This document shows, piece by piece, positions 17,874 through 27,468 of a stretch of DNA of 56,667 bases (the first letter of the stretch is position 1; every line of letters begins with the position of its first letter). The DNA is from an uncultured Elusimicrobia bacterium (lineage in GTDB: Bacteria > Elusimicrobiota > Elusimicrobia > UBA1565 > UBA9628), in contig CAZZGQ010000002.1 of the NCBI GenBank assembly GCA_964653765.1, positions 1 through 56,667 of the forward strand. The letters run 5' to 3'. Position numbers and translations under genes: made by a program. The notes beneath the pieces are model-generated. The model had not been told where the DNA came from. It saw nothing but the letters and a program-made list of their open reading frames with translations, and ran no database searches.

Positions 17874-18938
17874 GTGAAGCGGCCATTAAGAGTCGGCATT
17901 GCCGGGTATGGCGTCATTGGCCAGCGCCGAAGGCAAGTCATCGACGCGCATCCCGCCCTTAAGCTAGTCGCCATTGGCGATAAGACTTTTAAACGGCGAG
18001 AGCGGTTGGGAAACGGCCCTCGACAGTATCACGACTGCAGGGATCTTGTTGCTGCCGAACAGCTAGACGTTTTGTTCGTTTGTCTCCCAAATTATCTCGC
18101 AGCGCCGATGACCCTGGCCGGCCTGAAACGTGGTTTTCATGTGTTCTGCGAGAAGCCGCCAGGCCGCACGCTTGCTGAGATAGACGCCGTGTATGAATAC
18201 ACCAAGCGCAGGCCAGACCTGAAATTGAAGTATGGCTTCAATCATCGATATCATGACTCGGTCCGCGACGCGTTAGAGATTCTGGCCAAAGGAGAACTCG
18301 GCCGCGTTATTAGTCTGCGAGGCGTCTATGGCAAAAGCAAGATCATCCCTTTTGCCGATGCGTGGCGGGGAAAGCGGAAATATGCCGGAGGAGGCATCCT
18401 TCTTGACCAGGGCATTCATATGGTCGACCTCATCCGTCTGTTCGCGGGGGAATTCGTCGACGTTCACAGTTTCATTTCAAACGATTTCTGGCGGCATGAC
18501 GTGGAGGATAACGCCTATGCGTTGATGCGCACGAGAACGGGCGTGGTGGCCATGGTTCATTCTTCTGCGACGTCTTGGCGCCATCGTTTCCATCTTGACG
18601 TGACGCTGGAGCGCGGCGCCTTGATCCTTTCTGGCATTCTTTCGGGCTCACGTAGTTACGGCGCTGAGACACTTACGGTGGTCTATGCCGGTCAGGATGA
18701 TTCCGGCGACCCTAAAGAGCAAACGACTCGCTACAATCAGGATCATTCTTGGCGCGATGAGATCGATGAATTCGTCGAGGCCATTCTTCAGAATAAACCC
18801 GTTTCAAACGGCTCTTGCGAGGATGCCGTCAAGACGATGGAGCTCATTTACCGTATTTACTGCGCGGATTCCGTTTGGCGGAGCGCCTACAAGTTGCGGG
18901 GCCGGTTGTCGGGCGATCTTGCCGGAGCCGCGCGGTGA
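17874..18938 (+). CDS. Gfo/Idh/MocA family oxidoreductase
   Basis: GIAGYGVIG, HVFCEKP, GFNHRY, GGGILLDQGIH.VD. Confidence 0.92.
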   Translation: MKRPLRVGIAGYGVIGQRRRQVIDAHPALKLVAIGDKTFKRRERLGNGPRQYHDCRDLVAAEQLDVLFVCLPNYLAAPMTLAGLKRGFHVFCEKPPGRTLAEIDAVYEYTKRRPDLKLKYGFNHRYHDSVRDALEILAKGELGRVISLRGVYGKSKIIPFADAWRGKRKYAGGGILLDQGIHMVDLIRLFAGEFVDVHSFISNDFWRHDVEDNAYALMRTRTGVVAMVHSSATSWRHRFHLDVTLERGALILSGILSGSRSYGAETLTVVYAGQDDSGDPKEQTTRYNQDHSWRDEIDEFVEAILQNKPVSNGSCEDAVKTMELIYRIYCADSVWRSAYKLRGRLSGDLAGAAR

Positions 18939-19654
18939 AACGACCGCTCTCCGGTAAACGTGCGCTTGTCACCGGTGGCACTCGTGGCATTGGCGCGGCG
19001 ATCGTGCGGCGGCTGTGTCAAGATGGCGCGAGCGTCACGGTGACTGGCACCCGATTGAACGGCGAAAAACCGAAGGGCTGTGCCTATTTTGCCGTCGATT
19101 TCGCCGATCGCCCGGCGACGGAGGATTTCGCGCGACAAATGGCGCGGCGAGGTTTCGACATATTGATCAACAATGCCGGCATAAACAAGATTTCCCGATT
19201 TCAAGATATCGATCCTAGAGATTATGATCGGATCCAAGAAGTCAACGCGCGCGCTCCCTTTTTGCTTTGCACGGCTCTAGTTCCTGGAATGACGGCCCGT
19301 CGGTGGGGGCGCATCGTCAACCTGACCTCTATTTTTGGCGTCGTGAGCAAGGAATGTCGCGGAGCGTATTCCGCCAGCAAATTCGCTCTCGATGGGATGA
19401 CGGCAAGCCTCGCTGCGGAAGTGGTCCCTTACGGCGTTCTGGCAAACTGCGTCGCTCCTGGGTTTATCGATACCGAACTGACACGCTCAGTCCTTGGGAA
19501 AGCAGGCATGAAGGAAATGGCTCGGGCCATACCCGCCAAGCGCTTGGGCCGCCCGGAGGAGATCGCGGCGCTCGTGGCCTGGCTCTGCGGACCAGAGAAT
19601 ACTTACATTAGCGGCCAGAATCTCGTCATCGACGGTGGTTTTAGTCGTGTCTGA
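18935..19654 (+). CDS. SDR family oxidoreductase (FabG-like)
   Basis: GTGA overlap; TGGTRGIG, NNAG, YSASK, NCVAPGFIDT, SGQNLVIDGG. Confidence 0.92.
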   Translation: MKRPLSGKRALVTGGTRGIGAAIVRRLCQDGASVTVTGTRLNGEKPKGCAYFAVDFADRPATEDFARQMARRGFDILINNAGINKISRFQDIDPRDYDRIQEVNARAPFLLCTALVPGMTARRWGRIVNLTSIFGVVSKECRGAYSASKFALDGMTASLAAEVVPYGVLANCVAPGFIDTELTRSVLGKAGMKEMARAIPAKRLGRPEEIAALVAWLCGPENTYISGQNLVIDGGFSRV

Positions 19655-20735
19655 TCTCATCGTCCAGTCGCATCGGGGTCCGTATGCGGCGCATTTCAGC
19701 GGCGAGTCGCTTGACGATTTGTTCCGCGCGCCGCGGCCTAACGCCCATTATATCGTCGATCAAAATGTGGCGAAGCTCTATGCGAAGGCTCTTCGTCCAG
19801 TTCTTGAAACACGCTCAGTCCTTCGCCTGGAGGCCACGGAAAGAGCCAAGACGCTTGAGTGTTTCACCGGGTATGTTGAGCATCTTGTCGCATCGGGAAT
19901 ACGCCGCGGCGATACTTTGGTCGCTATAGGTGGCGGCGTTATTCAGGACATCGTTTGCTTTCTTGGAGCCACGTTGTTGCGCGGGATCGATTGGGAATTT
20001 TATCCAACCACCTTACTGGCTCAGGCCGACTCTTGCATCGGGTCGAAGAGCTCAATTAACGTCGGTTCTGCGAAGAATGTCCTTGGCACATACACGCCGC
20101 CAAAACGCATCGTCATTAACGTCGGTTTTCTTGACACTCTCTCCGAGTGGGATAGGCGGTCTGGAGTGGGCGAGATGCTCAAGGTCCATGCGATTGAGGG
20201 GCCGGCGGCTTTTAACCGTATCGCAAGCGAATACTCGAGGCTTTTTTTAGATAAGGGTGCCCTGATTCAATACTTGCGTGATTCCCTCGAAATAAAGCGC
20301 CGGATCGTTGAAGTTGATGAATTCGATCGTGGGCCTCGCAACGTCATGAATTACGGCCACACTTTTGGGCATGCCATCGAATCGGCGACTGATTACGCCA
20401 TTCCCCATGGAATTGCCGTGACGATCGGCATGGACATGGCGAATTTCGTCGCTTGGAAGCTTGGGTTGAGCACCGGAGAAATCTATTTCCGTATGCGACC
20501 GACGCTTGCGGCCAACTACAAAGGCTATGAATCAACGAAGGTGCCGTTTGATTCTTTCCTCGCGGCGATCGGGAAAGACAAAAAAAATACGAAAGATCAG
20601 CTCGGGCTGATTCTGCCAGATGGCGAGGGCCGTGTGGCGAAGCGTTTTTGTTCAAACAACGAGGAGTTCCGCGCCAGTTGCGAAGAATACCTCGCTCACC
20701 AGCGTGAGCCCTTGCCGCTGGCAAAGGGTCAATAG
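19647..20735 (+). CDS. AroB-related (3-dehydroquinate synthase-like) sugar-phosphate cyclase (alternative start 19635)
   Basis: E..KT, GGGVIQD, RG....PTTLLAQ.DS.IG.K...N, KN..G, GEMLK, RN.MNYGHTFGHAIE, HG.AV..GM, DKK. Confidence 0.88.
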   Translation: MSDLIVQSHRGPYAAHFSGESLDDLFRAPRPNAHYIVDQNVAKLYAKALRPVLETRSVLRLEATERAKTLECFTGYVEHLVASGIRRGDTLVAIGGGVIQDIVCFLGATLLRGIDWEFYPTTLLAQADSCIGSKSSINVGSAKNVLGTYTPPKRIVINVGFLDTLSEWDRRSGVGEMLKVHAIEGPAAFNRIASEYSRLFLDKGALIQYLRDSLEIKRRIVEVDEFDRGPRNVMNYGHTFGHAIESATDYAIPHGIAVTIGMDMANFVAWKLGLSTGEIYFRMRPTLAANYKGYESTKVPFDSFLAAIGKDKKNTKDQLGLILPDGEGRVAKRFCSNNEEFRASCEEYLAHQREPLPLAKGQ

Positions 20736-20800
20736 GTCTCCCGCGGCGAGAACAGCGTGATCGCGGCGGTCAAGAAGTCGTATCCCGGCTAGAGCGATCG

Positions 20801-22615
20801 ATGTTCCTTGCGACCACCGCATTGAGCGAGTTCTGGGATACGCGCTCCAGTATTCTGTTCCTTGGATCCTGGTGCTGCCTGCACAGCCGGATCCGGCAGC
20901 TCAAGACGATAGAGCACGCCGTCTTGCCTTATCCGTTAGACGATAAAGCCGTCTTCGATGAGGCTGTCGAGTTCTGCGACGTCTTTTATGACAGGTCCTT
21001 ATCCATTCTAGCGAGGACGCTGAACGGCCTGCACGGGACCTCTCTCAGCGAACAGTATTGGCGCATCCTTCTTGGCCCGTGGCTTACCCATTACATCCAC
21101 GCTCTCTATGACCGCTACCTTTGCGTCCAGGCCGCGCGAGAGAGCTATGGCGTCCTCGAAACCATCGGGCTGGACGAGTCGTCGTATTTCGTGCCTCGAG
21201 ATGCCGACGATCTGCTCAGGTCCATCCATACGGACTCCTATAACCTGCAGCTTCTCACCGCGACGTGCGAGTTTATGGGTGTCCGAATCAACTCGAGAAA
21301 AGCCCTAGATGTGCGGTCCGAAACCATCGTGCTTTCTCATTGGCGCGCGCGGCTCAAGCTTCGAGCGAGAAGAGTGTTTGCGGGATGCCTCGCGCGCCTG
21401 CTTCCTCAGTCCGTTTTCCTTCGTGACGGCCAAATCTGGTATTTTTCCTCTTACCTTCCGCTTAGCGCTCGGTTCCGCCTCCTGCTGCAGACTCGCGGTA
21501 GGGCGGTGTTCGTTCCGTATCACCGTAATGGCCCGAAGTTCGGCGCGCCGAAGATGGACCGCGATCTGCGCGCAGGGCTGGCTCGCGCATTCGGCGAAGG
21601 CGAATTCGAGCGCCTCTTCGCCTCAACGCTCGCCGCGAATTTCCCATGGCTGTACCTCGAGGGCTATGCTCGTTATCTGGCGCAGTTGAAGCCGATGTTG
21701 AGCCTCTCGCCGCGGGCGCTCGTTGCCTCCACCAATACCGTGCCCTTCCAATTCATCGCGGCTCAGCTCAAAGAGAAGGCCGGGTCCAAGCTCATCAGCG
21801 TCCAACATGGCGGCTCCTTCGGAACGGTCAAGCATAGTCCGACGGAGAAGCACGATCAGATAGTCGCGGATGAATATTGGAGCTGGGGCTGGTCAGACGG
21901 TTTGGGCGGACGCGCCAGACCGGTTCCCGGCTTCTTGCTCGGTTCTAGTCGACGACGGGGTGCCAGACGCCGCATGACGGGTCCTATTCTCTATAGTGGC
22001 AATGATATGCCGCGATACGCCTATCGTCTCTGGAGTAATCCGATCGGACCGCAATGGGAAGAGTTCATCCAATGGCAGCACCGCTGGCTCAGGGCGCTTG
22101 GAGCCGAGGCGCGTTCGGAGCTCTTTATTAGACTCTATCCCCACGACCATTACCTTTGGGAGCAAAAGCAACGGCTGCTAGAGTCATTCCCTGATTTGAG
22201 GCATGATGACGGTATAGTGCCATTCGAAGAAGCACTTGACCGCTGCAAGCTGTTCGTAGCTGACAACAACCACACCACGTTATTGCAGGCTCTGTCGGCG
22301 GACAAGCCGACGGTTTTGTTTTGGGAGCCGCGCTTCAATGGGCTTCGCCCGTCTGCCGAGCCCTACTTCGCCCGATTGCGAGAAACAGGCGTATTGCACT
22401 ATTCTCCCGAAGATGCCGCACGCAAGGTCAATGAGGTCCGCTCTCAACCGATGGACTGGTGGCGGCAGCCCGATGTGAGGCGAGCTGTAGCTTCGTTCAG
22501 GAGGCAGTTTGCCCATACCGAAGCCGATACCACAGCGGCCTGGGGCGACTCCTTTCTTCGGCTGCTCCGCAACTCTGTAAACCCAGCCGATCCGTCCTTG
22601 CTTTCTCGTCGATAG
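20801..22615 (+). CDS. Putative glycan transferase, resembles LIC12162 family (GT-B-like C-terminus)
   Basis: MFLATTAL.E.W...ILFLG.WC N-terminus, W.ILLGPWL, QHGG, WGW, RLYP, N.TT.LQAL....PT. Confidence 0.72.
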   Translation: MFLATTALSEFWDTRSSILFLGSWCCLHSRIRQLKTIEHAVLPYPLDDKAVFDEAVEFCDVFYDRSLSILARTLNGLHGTSLSEQYWRILLGPWLTHYIHALYDRYLCVQAARESYGVLETIGLDESSYFVPRDADDLLRSIHTDSYNLQLLTATCEFMGVRINSRKALDVRSETIVLSHWRARLKLRARRVFAGCLARLLPQSVFLRDGQIWYFSSYLPLSARFRLLLQTRGRAVFVPYHRNGPKFGAPKMDRDLRAGLARAFGEGEFERLFASTLAANFPWLYLEGYARYLAQLKPMLSLSPRALVASTNTVPFQFIAAQLKEKAGSKLISVQHGGSFGTVKHSPTEKHDQIVADEYWSWGWSDGLGGRARPVPGFLLGSSRRRGARRRMTGPILYSGNDMPRYAYRLWSNPIGPQWEEFIQWQHRWLRALGAEARSELFIRLYPHDHYLWEQKQRLLESFPDLRHDDGIVPFEEALDRCKLFVADNNHTTLLQALSADKPTVLFWEPRFNGLRPSAEPYFARLRETGVLHYSPEDAARKVNEVRSQPMDWWRQPDVRRAVASFRRQFAHTEADTTAAWGDSFLRLLRNSVNPADPSLLSRR

Positions 22616-22637
22616 TCCCACTCCATTCTGCCTGATT

Positions 22638-22646
22638 TGATAAAAT
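22638..22646 (+). promoter_or_regulatory. Extended -10 element
   Basis: TG-A-TAAAAT in the 73-nt gap before ATG 22689. Confidence 0.5.
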
Positions 22647-22688
22647 CTTCAGGCCTCTCTTTAGACTGCCCATGCACATCGAATCCCA

Positions 22689-24551
22689 ATGACCAGCCTC
22701 TCAACGAGGGCGGTGTGTTTCCCAAAATTGAGCCTTGCGGCGCTTGTGCTTGCAAGGTTCAGGCTGCGAAGCGGGCTAGAGGTGCACTTCGAGGATTACC
22801 CGCTCTACGCGAAGGCTCTTTTGCGCTGGTTCCGCGTGCCCGAGCGGTGGATTTTGGCTACCTATAGCGCCGTCGCACAAGGATCTGTCCAGCGCCTTCC
22901 AAGAGGAGATGCCCTGCCTGACCAAGCTCGTTTGGTCCTGCAAGCGATGCAGCTGGCCGACGATCTAAGCGTTGGGATCGAGCCGTTGATCACTGATAGC
23001 CAATGGGGCGCCTTCGGCCGGGAATTCTTGGGCGCTGAGCCTGCCGCCGCCGCCACCATCAAGCGGTTTTCCTGGGATTGGGCTTGGCCTTTCGCAAAGA
23101 CCATCGTCATCGCACGCGCCATTGTATCGGCCGACCGTCCACTCGTTGCGATTTGGAGCCCCTCCATTCCGGAAAACTGGCGGCAAGCGTGCGACTCCGT
23201 GATCGAGCGCTCAGGCGTTGAGATTGTGTCGTGGCCCATGGGGGCGGCGGCTATTTGGCGTTTGTTTACCGGCTTGGCTTGGGCCGCACGTGTATTGGGT
23301 TTGACTATGGCGACGGTGATTCGACATGGCATCAGACGAGGCGGGGCCCGCCAATCAGCCCTCATGGGAATCGAGCTCGTTGATCCACGGCGAATGGGAG
23401 GAACCCCGGCCGATCTTGATTATTGGATTGATGGACGCAAGGTGAAGCGGGAAGACGTGTTGTTTTACATGCACGGAGCGCAGAGGAATTTTTTGAAGCG
23501 AATGGGCGTTGACTGCGACGAGATTTTGCCGCGGCTGCGAGGTCAAGGATATCGCGTCTTGGAGCTCTATCGTCTTCCCTTGTCCTTTGAGTCGATTCGC
23601 GAGATCTTGGGAGCGTTGAGAAAGCTGCCAATACTTTCCGGGGGAACTGGAGGTTTTGGCTCCGTCGTTTATGAGGCGTGGCGGGCCTTTTTGACTTACC
23701 TGCCGCTTTTTGACCATAGCACTCCTCTTAACATGGTTCACACGCCTTTCCCAAGTGGGTTTGCCGGACCCCGTCTTGATAGTGGCGTTATTACGGGTTT
23801 GTGCCGAAGCCGAGGAAGCCGCAGCGTCGGCTATCAAAACCGTTTCGTCTACGATACGTTTGAATTCGATTTTGACTGCTACGATCTCTTCTTGGCTTGG
23901 GGAGCAGGTTGGTGGGATTCTTGGAGGCCGTTCTTGTGCCGCGTCCGCGATGTCTTTGAAGTTGGATGCTCCAATCTCGCGACGCTAGGCGCTTCCGATC
24001 TTAAGGATCAAAGAACCGTCGTGGTTTTTGCCCAAGAGCTCAATGGGAACCATTATTCCGCGTCGTACAATTACAAGTTGCTGCGCGCCTGTGGAGAGCT
24101 GGCCCGCCGATATCCTCGATGCAAGTTTGTCGTCAAGATGAAGGATTTGCAGGACATTGATGCCATTCTCAGTGATGCCGATTTTCGCCGGTATTGCGAG
24201 ACGATCTCGAATTTTTCCTTTGCTCGACTGTCGCGTCACGAGTGCGCGGGGTTGCTGCGGCAAGCCGATATTGTGATCGCCGCGGCCTACACAACGCCAG
24301 GTGGCGACGCGCTCTTAGCAGGCAAGCCCGTCATTTTCTACAGCGAGCTTGGCGGAGGGTGCAAAGCGCTAACGTCGATCTCCGGCTTGGTGGCGGAGAC
24401 GCTGAGCGATCTTGAAGTCTACTTTGAGAACGCGCTTGCTTCGATCGATCGGGCGGGGAAGTGGCCGCTTGAAACCCTGCGCAGACTGGATCCGTACCGA
24501 GATGGGGCTGCGCGTGACCGGATTATAGAACGGATTTTACAGGAAGCTTAA
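22689..24551 (+). CDS. Putative glycan transferase, GT-B-like C-terminus (resembles PFTS-motif polysaccharide biosynthesis proteins)
   Basis: GYQ, D.FLAWG, VVKMK, ADIVI..AYTTPG.DALLAGKPVIFY, DPYRDG.A..RI (typical GT-B terminal helix). Confidence 0.6.
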   Translation: MTSLSTRAVCFPKLSLAALVLARFRLRSGLEVHFEDYPLYAKALLRWFRVPERWILATYSAVAQGSVQRLPRGDALPDQARLVLQAMQLADDLSVGIEPLITDSQWGAFGREFLGAEPAAAATIKRFSWDWAWPFAKTIVIARAIVSADRPLVAIWSPSIPENWRQACDSVIERSGVEIVSWPMGAAAIWRLFTGLAWAARVLGLTMATVIRHGIRRGGARQSALMGIELVDPRRMGGTPADLDYWIDGRKVKREDVLFYMHGAQRNFLKRMGVDCDEILPRLRGQGYRVLELYRLPLSFESIREILGALRKLPILSGGTGGFGSVVYEAWRAFLTYLPLFDHSTPLNMVHTPFPSGFAGPRLDSGVITGLCRSRGSRSVGYQNRFVYDTFEFDFDCYDLFLAWGAGWWDSWRPFLCRVRDVFEVGCSNLATLGASDLKDQRTVVVFAQELNGNHYSASYNYKLLRACGELARRYPRCKFVVKMKDLQDIDAILSDADFRRYCETISNFSFARLSRHECAGLLRQADIVIAAAYTTPGGDALLAGKPVIFYSELGGGCKALTSISGLVAETLSDLEVYFENALASIDRAGKWPLETLRRLDPYRDGAARDRIIERILQEA

Positions 24552-24557
24552 GAATCG

Positions 24558-25382
24558 ATGCTATCCGTTGACGCGTTGGCGCAAAAGAATATCGAGCATC
24601 ATTCCCGGCTCAGCGCCGAGCACGAGTGGGTCAAGGGATTTGTATCCGCCGAGGCGCTAAGGCGGGCCGTTCCAACTTCCGGGACGAAGACGCTCGAGGA
24701 ATTTGAATCCGGCTATTTTGGTCCCGAGGTGGGCCCCGTACGCCGCTATCTCGAGGCGCAGATGCATCGATATATTAGCCCTGTGGATGAGTTCTTGGAC
24801 ATGGGTTGCGGCGGGGTTTGGTGGAAAGAATCTTATTGGCCGATCCCCAAACGCGTGACAGGCGTCGAGATTAATCCCTTCGCGCTGTTGAGCTTGCGAG
24901 ACACTTATTGGGACCATCGGAGATATCGTCTCATTTATGCTCCCTATGGTTTAACCGAGCTGCCCGATCAGTCGTTTGATCTGGCGCTTTCGTCGAGCGT
25001 GCTCGGATACGTTCTGCCTTCCATCGCGCAGCTTCATATCGCAGAGCTGGCCCGCCTGACGCGTCGAGGGGGATACGCCGTCTTTAGTCGCGTGAAGGCC
25101 GCCAATATTTGGACGCATGGCAGCGGGACCCGCTTGCGAGAAATCTCTCCGGGCGTATTCGATTACGCCTATTCACAACGAGATCTGAGGCGCGAGATCA
25201 TGAGCCACGGATTTGTGATCGAGGAATCGCGCAGCGTTGGCCTGCGGCTTCCGTTGCCGTGGCGAGCTATTCAAACGCTTTATCGTCAAGGGTGGGCGGG
25301 CTTTATGGACGCGGCCGCGAATAGGCTATTTCCGATTTTCCCATTGCACCATCTCATCGTCGCGCGAAAGAGGGGATCATGA
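24558..25382 (+). CDS. Class I SAM-dependent methyltransferase
   Basis: LDMGCGG, GVEIN, LPDQSFDL.LS..VL.Y. Confidence 0.82.
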   Translation: MLSVDALAQKNIEHHSRLSAEHEWVKGFVSAEALRRAVPTSGTKTLEEFESGYFGPEVGPVRRYLEAQMHRYISPVDEFLDMGCGGVWWKESYWPIPKRVTGVEINPFALLSLRDTYWDHRRYRLIYAPYGLTELPDQSFDLALSSSVLGYVLPSIAQLHIAELARLTRRGGYAVFSRVKAANIWTHGSGTRLREISPGVFDYAYSQRDLRREIMSHGFVIEESRSVGLRLPLPWRAIQTLYRQGWAGFMDAAANRLFPIFPLHHLIVARKRGS

Positions 25383-26512
25383 CCATTCGTCCTAGGCGGG
25401 CTCTTTTAAATCCTGAATTGATCCGACCCAGCGCGTTGAGCTCCCAACCAAGAGATCCTAAGCTTCTTTGGCTCGATAAGAACGAGAACTTGGACCCTGA
25501 GCTCCTCTCTGTTTCCCGAAGGATTCTTCCCGAAATCTTGCCGCTTGCCCTGTCGACGTATCCGGAGGCAGGAGAAACGTATCGAAAGTTGGGCCGTTGG
25601 CTGGAAGTCAGTCCTGAGTCATTATTGCTGACGCCAGGAAGCGATGGCGCGATTCGTCTCGCCTTTGAGGCGTTCGTCGACTCCGGCGACCCCGTTGTGC
25701 ACACTCATCCAACCTTCGCGATGTACCCCGTTTACGGCCAGATGTTTGGGGCTCAGGTTCATCGCGTCGAATACCAGCGAATAGGCAACGCCCCATTCAT
25801 TGATCCCGAGGCAGTTGTTCGGCAGCTCAAGGCGCATCGCCCGAAGCTCTTGTGCTTGCCGAACCCCGACAGCCCTACGGGCACTGTTCTTGCGCCAGAG
25901 GCCATTGAGAGCCTCTTAAAAGAATGCGAGGCCGTTGGCGCCGTGCTGCTGCTTGATGAAGCCTATCACCCGTTTCACGATTGGTCGGCGGCTCCCTGGA
26001 CCAGGGAATACAAGAATTTGATTGTCGCAAGGACATTCGCCAAGGCCTGGGGTGTGGCCGGCCTTCGGATTGGTTATGCCGTGGCTCATCCAGAAACCAT
26101 CGCTCTATTGCACAAAATGAGACCGATGTATGAGACAAGCACGTTCGCCGTCGAGTTCGTTTCTCGACTGCTTGATCATGCGCCTGACATGATGCGATCC
26201 GTGGCTCGGATCAACGAAGGAAAGCAGTATTTTGCTGGCGAGATGAAGGCCTTGGGATTGGAGGTTCTACCGACGGCCGGGAACTTCCTTCATGTCGACT
26301 TCGGCGGTCGAGGGCCGGTTATTCATGCGGCGCTTTCCGGCAAAGTCCTCTATCGGCCGACCTTCGATCATCCCAGCCTCGCGGGATACAGCCGCTTCAC
26401 GGTCGCGCCGCGGCCCATCATGGCTCGCGTCGTCGAGATGATCAAGGCCGCTTTAAACCCAGAAGTTTCCCAGCCTCAGGGAGCTCCTCAAGCGCGCGAG
26501 GTCCGAAGTTAA
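25379..26512 (+). CDS. HisC/CobD-family PLP-dependent aminotransferase (class I/II)
   Basis: LDKNEN, GSDGAI, NPDSPTG, DEAY, RTFAKAWGVAGLRIG, GNF. Confidence 0.9.
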   Translation: MTIRPRRALLNPELIRPSALSSQPRDPKLLWLDKNENLDPELLSVSRRILPEILPLALSTYPEAGETYRKLGRWLEVSPESLLLTPGSDGAIRLAFEAFVDSGDPVVHTHPTFAMYPVYGQMFGAQVHRVEYQRIGNAPFIDPEAVVRQLKAHRPKLLCLPNPDSPTGTVLAPEAIESLLKECEAVGAVLLLDEAYHPFHDWSAAPWTREYKNLIVARTFAKAWGVAGLRIGYAVAHPETIALLHKMRPMYETSTFAVEFVSRLLDHAPDMMRSVARINEGKQYFAGEMKALGLEVLPTAGNFLHVDFGGRGPVIHAALSGKVLYRPTFDHPSLAGYSRFTVAPRPIMARVVEMIKAALNPEVSQPQGAPQAREVRS

Positions 26513-26520
26513 GTCTTCGC

Positions 26521-27468
26521 ATGAAACATCAAGTTTTGATTTCGCCGTCGTCGTTTGGAGACTGCGGCTCTGATCCGCTTCGGATTCTCGAGGAGGCTGG
26601 CTTTGAGCTCAAGTTCAATCCTTACAGACGAAAACTGGTGCGCGCGGAAGTCGTGGAGCTTGCGCAAGGCTGCCACGGCCTGATCGCCGGCGTCGAGCCA
26701 TTAGACAAGGAAGTTCTGGAGAAGCTACCCGAGCTTCGCTGCATCAGCCGCTGCGGCGCGGGGCTTGATAACGTGGATCTGAATTGTGCGCGGGAGCTTG
26801 GGATTTCCGTTCTTAATACGCCGGAGGGGCCAACGCGAGCCGTGGCGGAGTTAGCCGTTGGACTGACGTTCGCCTTGGCCAGGGCCATCCCACGGCGCGA
26901 CCGCGCCATGCGCGCAGGACGTTGGGATAAAAGCCTCGGCATGTTAATCGAAGGCAAGACAGTGGGCGTGATGGGCCTTGGCCGTATTGGTCGGGCCGTG
27001 GCGCTTTTGTTTCAGTCCCTGGGTTGCCGCATTCTTGGAAACGATGTGCGTCCCGACGTGTCATGGGCGCGAGAACATCACGTTGAGCTCGTTTCTTTTG
27101 AAGAGCTTCTCAAACAAGCCGATATCGTTTGCCTCCATGTTTCCCTTGGCGCAAACAGCGTCGGTTTGATTGGACGACCCGAGCTCGCGCTTTTGAAAGA
27201 AGGCGCGTTATTGGTCAATTTGTCGAGGGGCGAGGCGGTTGACGAGGCCGCGCTGATTGAGGCGCTTGATTCCGGGCGCCTAGCTGGAGCTGCGCTTGAC
27301 GTCTTCGCTCAGGAGCCCTATCGAGGACCTTTGCTACGCTACGACAACGTCGTTTTGTCGCCGCACGTTGGGTCCTATGCGCGGGAAGCTCGACTGCGCA
27401 TGGAAGTGGATGCGGCCCGTAATCTCATCGCAGGCATGGACCAGCGGCTTGAACGCAAGCAAGGGTAA
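26521..27468 (+). CDS. D-2-hydroxyacid dehydrogenase (SerA-like, no ACT domain)
   Basis: ISRCGAGLDNVD, AVAE, GLGRIG, LH, N.SRG..VDE, LDVF..EP, SPH. Confidence 0.9.
   Translation: MKHQVLISPSSFGDCGSDPLRILEEAGFELKFNPYRRKLVRAEVVELAQGCHGLIAGVEPLDKEVLEKLPELRCISRCGAGLDNVDLNCARELGISVLNTPEGPTRAVAELAVGLTFALARAIPRRDRAMRAGRWDKSLGMLIEGKTVGVMGLGRIGRAVALLFQSLGCRILGNDVRPDVSWAREHHVELVSFEELLKQADIVCLHVSLGANSVGLIGRPELALLKEGALLVNLSRGEAVDEAALIEALDSGRLAGAALDVFAQEPYRGPLLRYDNVVLSPHVGSYAREARLRMEVDAARNLIAGMDQRLERKQG

Noticed and set aside
19647-20735. Sedoheptulose-7-P cyclase (EEVS/DDGS; gadusol or mycosporine synthesis)
   Set aside because: It has GHTFGHAIE rather than the GHT(F/W)SP.(L/I)E signature, and no MysB/C/D or MT-Ox partners are adjacent
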